Shown here: piece by piece, positions 18,184-23,787 of the stretch
Numbering within the stretch: position 1 is the first letter of the stretch
Layout: each line of letters opens with the position of its first letter
Virus record (IMG/VR): IMGVR_UViG_3300025849_000024
DNA: 23,787 bases
Direction: 5' to 3' (one strand)
DNA from: an uncultured virus (IMG/VR IMGVR_UViG_3300025849_000024)
Lineage: Duplodnaviria; Heunggongvirae; Uroviricota; Caudoviricetes; Crassvirales
The notes under the pieces: model-generated
Databases searched by the model: none
Seen by the model: only the letters and a program-made list of their open reading frames with translations
What the model was told of the DNA's origin: nothing
Program-made: the position numbers and the translations under genes

Positions 18184-18978
18184 TTATTTTAAAATCTGTT
18201 CTTGAGACTGATTACCCATAAAGAAATCTCTATGAGCATTTATATTAGGTATAAGTCTAACCCACATGTTTTTAAACGACTCTACTTTATCAACAGAAGG
18301 GAAGGCTAGATCGTTCTGAGCACTTATGCAATATTGACCCCATTTTTGATCTGCCACTTCCCAACTGAATAACGGATGAGCATACCCTCCCATTAACATT
18401 TGACGTAATACATACCACTCTAGTGCTTGTTTTACGTATATGTTATCTGGTACCATAGGGTATCCATCGCTATCAGTAGGATAAGCTGTGTAGTGTATTT
18501 TTATTTTTCCTTTTGCAAAACTAGTTTGTATAGATCCATTATTAATTAAATAATAATCTCCTCCTCTAATACCGTTTTTTGTAGATCTTTTAGTTAAACC
18601 ACTAGAATTATTACTAATATTATTTACATCTACAGTGTACGCAGAAGTATATACCTCTACGTTTGCACCATTAGGTGACATAGAAGTAGTTGACTTTGCA
18701 TTTGGTAAATCATATCCTGTAACATCAGTTCCGTAAGGTAGTGGTGTACCTGAATACTCTACCTGTATAATGTCGACTAAGTCTAACGGTAAAACCGCTT
18801 TATGGCTATCTGTTGTAACTTCTACAGCTTTGCGCTCAGAGATTGATACGTGACCAATGTATTCTAATGCTTCGCCTATCCATTCCATAGCATCTAAGAC
18901 CCACCCTTCATCATTAATACGTAAGTCTCTAAATATTTTAGCGATTACGTTTTTCGAACTTATGTGTTTATAATTCAT
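18184..18978 (-). CDS. Tail tubular / ring protein (crAss-like Ttub) (264 aa)
   Basis: EWIGEALEYIG...AVLPLDL...YYLINNGSIQTSF..GKIKIHY..YPTDSDGYPMVPD...ALEWY pattern; located between IHF-like and muzzle genes. Confidence 0.7.
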   Translation of the reverse strand: MNYKHISSKNVIAKIFRDLRINDEGWVLDAMEWIGEALEYIGHVSISERKAVEVTTDSHKAVLPLDLVDIIQVEYSGTPLPYGTDVTGYDLPNAKSTTSMSPNGANVEVYTSAYTVDVNNISNNSSGLTKRSTKNGIRGGDYYLINNGSIQTSFAKGKIKIHYTAYPTDSDGYPMVPDNIYVKQALEWYVLRQMLMGGYAHPLFSWEVADQKWGQYCISAQNDLAFPSVDKVESFKNMWVRLIPNINAHRDFFMGNQSQEQILK

Positions 18979-19400
18979 TTGATAAAGTTTAAAAATGAGA
19001 ATTCATCCAATTTTAATTTGTCTGAAAGCTTTTTTCTGTTTCCTTTTGTAGGAGTAAACTTATATACACTTTTATTGGCTACTTGACATATTGCCTTTTC
19101 CCAATACCATCTAAACCAATGATCGTCGGTCCAGTATACTACTTTGTCTATGCCTTGCTCTTTGAGTTTTTTAGTCTCAAAATAATTGACACTCTTTTTT
19201 TCAAAATTTCTTTCTACTCGTTTTATTTTTAGTCTTCCTAATTGATGACCGGGGTAAAACGTTTGTCCTTCTAAAATCGATTCTACTACTTTGTGATTAA
19301 ATTTTGATATTACGTATTTATATAAAGTGTAAGTAACCTCTGTTTTAGGGTTTTTCTTTTTATAAAATGCATACATATCTTTTGCTCCATAGTTATTCAT
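18975..19400 (-). CDS. HU/IHF-like protein of crAss-like tail module (141 aa)
   Basis: Basic protein with helix...ILEGQTFYPGHQLGRLKIKR and YKFTPTK patterns of the HU/IHF fold; conserved position before Ttub. Confidence 0.65.
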   Translation of the reverse strand: MNNYGAKDMYAFYKKKNPKTEVTYTLYKYVISKFNHKVVESILEGQTFYPGHQLGRLKIKRVERNFEKKSVNYFETKKLKEQGIDKVVYWTDDHWFRWYWEKAICQVANKSVYKFTPTKGNRKKLSDKLKLDEFSFLNFIK

Positions 19401-20457
19401 TTACTTTGATTTCGTTATTATCGTTCTGTATGTTTTCCATTTTGTATTCTGCTGCTAAAATTGATTGTGTTATTTGTTGTATCATGTCTGCTGTAACTGG
19501 ATATGCGCTGTTATCATTATAACAAGGCTCTCCAATGTAAGTAAATGATCTAAGCTCTTCTACGTCTTCAAAAATACCTCTTATAAATAAAGAAGGAACT
19601 GTGTATGCGTCTCCTTCATTAGGATCAGAGTTAGGAATATTTAATGTATATATTCTACCGTTTTGATAAAAATATTTTGGAGCATCTGCGTTAAACTTTG
19701 TAAAATAAGAGTATTGGTATGCGCCGGGAGTAATTGGAATAAGAGCTTCTTTAGTTCTACTTAGTATACTAGTAAGATCTATATCTGCTTGTGTAATTGT
19801 ATACACAATACTTGAATCTCCAAGATCTGTAAGACCATTTGTTGCAGGAAGAGTTAAAGTAACTTTATCTCCTACGTTATATCCTACTCCTCCTTGAGTA
19901 ATGTTGATACTAGTTATAGGGGTAGAACCAGAATTTGTTGTATAAACAATTTGAAAGACAGCTCCTGTACCCGATTGAGTATTGCTGTTTGTACTTGCTA
20001 TATTAGAAAGTGTAACTGTAGCCCCTGCAGCAAATGTACCAGTAACTAAAAAGCTTCCTTCCCAGGTACCAAACGTAGTTGCTACTTGATCTGTAACAGC
20101 AACAATTTGTCTTACATTAAGCTTACCGTTATATGTAGTTTTGAAATATGCTACTTCAAAGAAAGGTACTCCTCTTTTTAACCTTACCGGTTTAGGAAGT
20201 ATAGCATTTGATTTATGTAAAGGTTGATTGTTTACAGCCGCAGAAAACTCGATTGTTTCTGCTATGTTAACTAATGTAATAGGTGCTTCTAAAGTCTGTA
20301 TAAACTGATCAGGTAAGTAAGTGTTACGCTCCTGATCTCTACGTATTAATAAAGATCTGTAGTACTTAATTTGAAATTTAAGTCGCTCTATGTATGATGC
20401 ATTTGTAGCTCTGCCAGAAGCATCTGCTATATTATATGCAATTTCATTAAGAGTCAT
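19393..20457 (-). CDS. Putative tail ring protein with internal beta-rich insertion (354 aa)
   Basis: MTLNEIAYNI...YYRSLLIRRD N-terminus and YFYQNGRIY...IRGIFED...YPVTADMI C-terminus resemble crAss-like ring proteins; Thr/Gly-rich middle segment. Confidence 0.6.
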   Translation of the reverse strand: MTLNEIAYNIADASGRATNASYIERLKFQIKYYRSLLIRRDQERNTYLPDQFIQTLEAPITLVNIAETIEFSAAVNNQPLHKSNAILPKPVRLKRGVPFFEVAYFKTTYNGKLNVRQIVAVTDQVATTFGTWEGSFLVTGTFAAGATVTLSNIASTNSNTQSGTGAVFQIVYTTNSGSTPITSINITQGGVGYNVGDKVTLTLPATNGLTDLGDSSIVYTITQADIDLTSILSRTKEALIPITPGAYQYSYFTKFNADAPKYFYQNGRIYTLNIPNSDPNEGDAYTVPSLFIRGIFEDVEELRSFTYIGEPCYNDNSAYPVTADMIQQITQSILAAEYKMENIQNDNNEIKVNE

Positions 20458-20470
20458 AACGCGTTTTTGT

Positions 20471-20959
20471 TTAAATTACCATATACCTTGTTTTTTTGTT
20501 TTTGTCTTTATAAGCTTTTAAACATCTGTTTCTATTACTGTCTTCAGATACATATGATACATGTATCCAATCTGGATTATTCTCATCACCAAACTCCCAT
20601 ATTACTTGATCGAAATCTAGGTTGTCTTTTATGAATTGATACATCTCAGCATTTGTTTTGTGCCCGTACGTATCATCTATATCCATAGCTCTACCCTCGC
20701 AGTGCTGTGATGTTTGACGTTTTTTTCCGTCGATTATTTTACTTGCTCCACCTATTGCTTCGTTTAATTCGTCGCATCGGTAGAATGAATTTATTCTAAT
20801 AGGACCTCCTACATACTTGCGCAGAGGTTCAAAGATTCGTTCTGCTAACACTTCCATATTTGTTCTATGGTAGTCGCCAGGTGAATTATCAATACCTAAT
20901 CTCGTAGCTGTAGAACTTCTTATCCCCTCTTTGTATGATATGTGAGCAGAAATTTTCAT
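20471..20959 (-). CDS. Peptidase M15A family endolysin (Zn peptidase)
   Basis: INSFYRC..LN.AIGG, SQHCEGRAMD (His, Asp Zn ligands) and WIHVSY (third His ligand). Confidence 0.88.
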   Translation of the reverse strand: MKISAHISYKEGIRSSTATRLGIDNSPGDYHRTNMEVLAERIFEPLRKYVGGPIRINSFYRCDELNEAIGGASKIIDGKKRQTSQHCEGRAMDIDDTYGHKTNAEMYQFIKDNLDFDQVIWEFGDENNPDWIHVSYVSEDSNRNRCLKAYKDKNKKTRYMVI

Positions 20960-20965
20960 CAGCTA

Positions 20966-21265
20966 TTACTTGCTTTGAATCTCTCCAGTATTTTTATCAA
21001 TACTAACGTCTCCGTATTTTTCTTTTAATTCGCTTACAAGTTTGTTTCTTTCATCTATAATAGATTGAAACTTTTCCTTTAGCGCTTCTTCGTTTTTTTC
21101 TACGTTTAACTTTACTAACTGTAAGTCACCTAACTGATAAGTAACATCTTGAATTTTTCTTTCAGCATCTTGAATGCCTTGTAGTTCTTCTTGTGTAACT
21201 TTGTTGTTGTCTTCTATTGGTTGTACGTCCTGTACAAGCTCAACTTCTTTTGCTTTCTTAGCCAT
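20966..21265 (-). CDS. Small coiled-coil hypothetical protein (99 aa)
   Basis: E/K/Q-rich heptads ending LKEKYGDVSIDKNTGEI; a type often found next to phage tail-fibre genes. Confidence 0.65.
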   Translation of the reverse strand: MAKKAKEVELVQDVQPIEDNNKVTQEELQGIQDAERKIQDVTYQLGDLQLVKLNVEKNEEALKEKFQSIIDERNKLVSELKEKYGDVSIDKNTGEIQSK

Positions 21266-21294
21266 GCTTTGAAATTAAATTATTGTTATTAATA

Positions 21295-21326
21295 CAAAAA
21301 TGCGAAAAATTTCCTTACCTACCAAA
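21295..21326 (-). promoter_or_regulatory. Putative Bacteroidota sigma-A-type promoter (-33/-7)
   Basis: Minus strand reads TTTG-N20-CATTTTTG; established consensus is TTTG-N19-21-TAnnTTTG, so one mismatch. Lies in a 68-nt intergenic gap upstream of the 99-aa gene. Confidence 0.5.
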
Positions 21327-21333
21327 ATATCTT

Positions 21334-23334
21334 CTAATAATCCGCACTAATTGTAATAGTAGATCCTTCAGCCCAAGCAAGAGAACTTGCTTTTCTATAG
21401 CCAGTAGATCCCACAGTGCTCCAAGTAGAAGACGCTCCTAAGTTATTTGTTCCTATATAAAAACTACTAAAAGTTTTTCTAGTACCACTAAAATATATGT
21501 AAACATAATCAGTACCGGTATTATCTTGAAAATAAACTGCTGACAAAGTGCTGTTATTAAAAGAAATATTACTTATAGACCCCATGCTAAAAGGAAATAT
21601 TGATGACCATCCATATGCTTGAGTACTATAATAACTATCATTTCCTACACTTATTGAAGCAGTAAAATCGAATGTAGAGCCAACAGTAAAAGAAACTATA
21701 TTACTACTGTAGACTATACCTCCATTGTTTTTTCTTTCAAACCATCCTCTTAATCTATATGTACTTCCAGAATTTAAAGAAACACTTCCTTCATTAATTG
21801 TTTGTGTTTTAGTACCAGTAGTATTACTTCCTGAATAGTACGCTATTTGATTACCTGTTGCTGCTCCCGGTACATTATTATTGTAATTAACAATAGGAGT
21901 TTGAGAATACCCAGAATTACAGTACGTCCACCCCATGTTATCAACACCTTGATTTGCAGTATTTACAATTGCTTGAGAGTATGTGTTTGTTCCACCTGTA
22001 GTTGTTACAGATGTACCATTAGTTGTTAAATTACTAGCGCTAGAGCTATAAACAAAACCTCTGCTTGTTATTGTACTACTGCTTGAAACAGCAGCATTAG
22101 CTGTAAATTTACTTGCAGTAACAGATTGTAAAGCTCCATATGAAGTACCTACTCCATTAGTTGCCCAAGGTTTCCAATGAGTAGTAAGATTAGAATTAAG
22201 ATCCGATACAACAAGAGTAGCGTCAAATCTACTATCTGATACACTGCTTGCAGAAACAGATCCTGTTGGTGCTGAGTCTATAAAAGTACTTGGAAGAGAA
22301 ACAGTAGGAAAAGTTGTAAATCCAGTTTCTATATCAAGACATATATCTTCTATAAAATCTACAATATCACTAGGGTCTCCATCAAAATTAGTCAAGCCTC
22401 CAGTATTGGTTGCATAACCATTATATAAATCATGTGTAGATGTAGTTCCGTCACTACTGTTACTATCACCTATTGTTCCTAAAACAGATATAGTACATAC
22501 ATTAGAGACCGCTTGATTAGAAAGCGTACCCATTTTAGCAGTTTCCTCAGCTCCTTGAAATTGATCATCTCCATCTCCATCTGGTGAGTTGTCTGTTATA
22601 AGTATAATCATTCTAGTTACTCCCGATCTAAAACTTCCTGCAAGATTATTATTTAATACTCTGTCAATTGCAGTATCGTTTGGTTCTGGAGCACTTGCTC
22701 CTGATCCCAATAACATACTTGTAGAACTGTTAGTAGATCCGTCTAAATACCCTATTTTTGTATCAAAATCTGTTTTATTTGCATTTGCAAAAGGAACTAT
22801 AGCAGAAAGATATATTGACCCAGAATTATATTTGTTTGCAGAAGCTAAGTTAGAAACAGTAGTATTATTACCTGTCCAATACGAAGGAATACCAGTGTCT
22901 TCTCCTCCAGTTTGATCAATCAAAACTGCTGCTAACCTGTAATCACCACCAGACTCTGAAACAACTTTATTTGATATACTATCTACACTATCTTTTAAAG
23001 TTTGCATATCATCGCCCATACTTCCGGTATAATCTAATAAAAAAACAACGTCCATTGCTTTATTACAAGGTATTGCTTGAAAGTCGTGGTCATAAGAATA
23101 AAACTCTCCCATAGTATACGTTGTAGTAGCATTGGGAAAATTAGGACTTTGTTGATTTGTTAAATCATAATCTTCTGCATTAACCGTCGTAGGTCCACCT
23201 AAAGTAATATCTTTTAAACTAAAAGGACCATAGGATGCATCCATTTCACTCGGTAACCCGAGCTCATAGTCGTTTTCTAACTTTTCAAAAGCTAATCCTC
23301 CTAAACTTAAACTTCCACTTCCAGGTACCGCCAT
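21334..23334 (-). CDS. Tail-associated adhesin-like protein: short N-terminal anchor + VWA domain + FN3-like domains (666 aa)
   Basis: MAVPGSGSLSL...MGEFYSYDHD N-terminal module; DVVFLLDYTGSM and MIILITD (VWA/MIDAS, about 22330-23055); ITSRGFVYS, WATNGVGTSYG, LNSGSTYRLRGW (FN3-like). Confidence 0.7.
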   Translation of the reverse strand: MAVPGSGSLSLGGLAFEKLENDYELGLPSEMDASYGPFSLKDITLGGPTTVNAEDYDLTNQQSPNFPNATTTYTMGEFYSYDHDFQAIPCNKAMDVVFLLDYTGSMGDDMQTLKDSVDSISNKVVSESGGDYRLAAVLIDQTGGEDTGIPSYWTGNNTTVSNLASANKYNSGSIYLSAIVPFANANKTDFDTKIGYLDGSTNSSTSMLLGSGASAPEPNDTAIDRVLNNNLAGSFRSGVTRMIILITDNSPDGDGDDQFQGAEETAKMGTLSNQAVSNVCTISVLGTIGDSNSSDGTTSTHDLYNGYATNTGGLTNFDGDPSDIVDFIEDICLDIETGFTTFPTVSLPSTFIDSAPTGSVSASSVSDSRFDATLVVSDLNSNLTTHWKPWATNGVGTSYGALQSVTASKFTANAAVSSSSTITSRGFVYSSSASNLTTNGTSVTTTGGTNTYSQAIVNTANQGVDNMGWTYCNSGYSQTPIVNYNNNVPGAATGNQIAYYSGSNTTGTKTQTINEGSVSLNSGSTYRLRGWFERKNNGGIVYSSNIVSFTVGSTFDFTASISVGNDSYYSTQAYGWSSIFPFSMGSISNISFNNSTLSAVYFQDNTGTDYVYIYFSGTRKTFSSFYIGTNNLGASSTWSTVGSTGYRKASSLAWAEGSTITISADY

Positions 23335-23335
23335 A

Positions 23336-23650
23336 TTATTCCCAAGGTTTTTCTAGTCCCAAATTCATAGGAACTTTCATATTAGCAATCATTTCATCTA
23401 CGTAATTTTTAGTAAACTCGTATACAGGATGATTTTCTATCCAGTTTATGACATTTTGCTCTGTTAAATTAGCAAACTCAACAAAAGACTCAGAGTCGTA
23501 ATTTATATCAAGATGTGCATTTGCTATATGAGAATATTCTCCGTCAACGCATTCTATTGTAAATTCAACTTTAGTTATTACGTTTTCTTTACCATCGTAA
23601 TTAGGAGCCCCTTGCAGATGCGTTATTTTTGTTGTGTATGTTTTAGCCAT
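23336..23650 (-). CDS. Small tail-fibre-associated protein (104 aa)
   Basis: NVITKVEF...FVEFANLTEQNVINWI...PW pattern recalled from small genes following tail fibres in aquatic phages. Confidence 0.55.
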   Translation of the reverse strand: MAKTYTTKITHLQGAPNYDGKENVITKVEFTIECVDGEYSHIANAHLDINYDSESFVEFANLTEQNVINWIENHPVYEFTKNYVDEMIANMKVPMNLGLEKPWE

Positions 23651-23654
23651 GATT

Positions 23655-23786
23655 TTAATTTTTACAGTTACAGTTACAGTTACAGTTACAGTTACAAGCT
23701 GTTTTATTACAAGCAGCCATTTGTGACTTTAGTTCGTCTATTTGTTTTTGTTGTTCTTTTATCGCTTCTATTAAATATCCAGTTAA
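23655..23786 (-). CDS. C-terminus of tail fibre with intramolecular chaperone (peptidase S74-like) coiled coil; partial
   Basis: Manual translation LTGYLIEAIKEQQKQIDELKSQMAACNKTACNCNCNCNCNCKN*; LIEAIKEQQxQIDEL is the typical S74 chaperone tail. Confidence 0.75.
   Translation of the reverse strand, partial: LTGYLIEAIKEQQKQIDELKSQMAACNKTACNCNCNCNCNCKN
23662..23696. repeat. Perfect hexanucleotide tandem repeat (TTACAG) x ~5.8, in-frame, encoding Cys-Asn
   Basis: Directly visible: ttacagttacagttacagttacagttacagttaca. Confidence 0.95.
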
Positions 23787-23787
23787 G

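Noticed and set aside
1..23787. Stop-codon reassignment (TAG or TGA), known in some crAss-like phages
   Set aside because: Genes up to 2804 codons are open in the standard code; TAG (21334) and TGA (8403, 7161, 18975) fall at sensible gene ends; both apparent gene splits are at TAA with a frame change.

Overview
AT-rich bacteriophage DNA with every credible gene on the minus strand, tightly packed (many TAA-N/NN-ATG or ATGA junctions). Gene content and order look like the tail/cargo block of a crAss-like (Crassvirales-related) podovirus, probably aquatic and infecting Bacteroidota. Reading right to left: C-terminus of a tail-fibre protein, a small tail-associated protein, a VWA+FN3 adhesin-like protein, a coiled-coil protein, a peptidase M15A endolysin, a ring protein, an HU/IHF-like protein, a tail tubular/ring protein, a 2804-aa muzzle/tail-stabilisation protein whose conserved C-terminus appears to be a separate 262-aa gene, a structured intergenic region, a cluster of small membrane, thioredoxin-like and Lys-rich genes with a 3TM holin, three cargo/ejection proteins and the start of a further ORF running off the left edge. 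Most notable: (i) a recurring [Y/F/M/A]-x-x-G-G motif punctuating the cargo proteins, (ii) apparent fission of the muzzle gene after acquisition of Calx-beta and VWA domains, (iii) two unannotated protamine-like micro-ORFs, (iv) a circularly permuted FN3 domain nested inside another, (v) a (TGTAAC)n repeat encoding a Cys-Asn tail. Family assignments come from motif recognition and synteny only; no searches were run.
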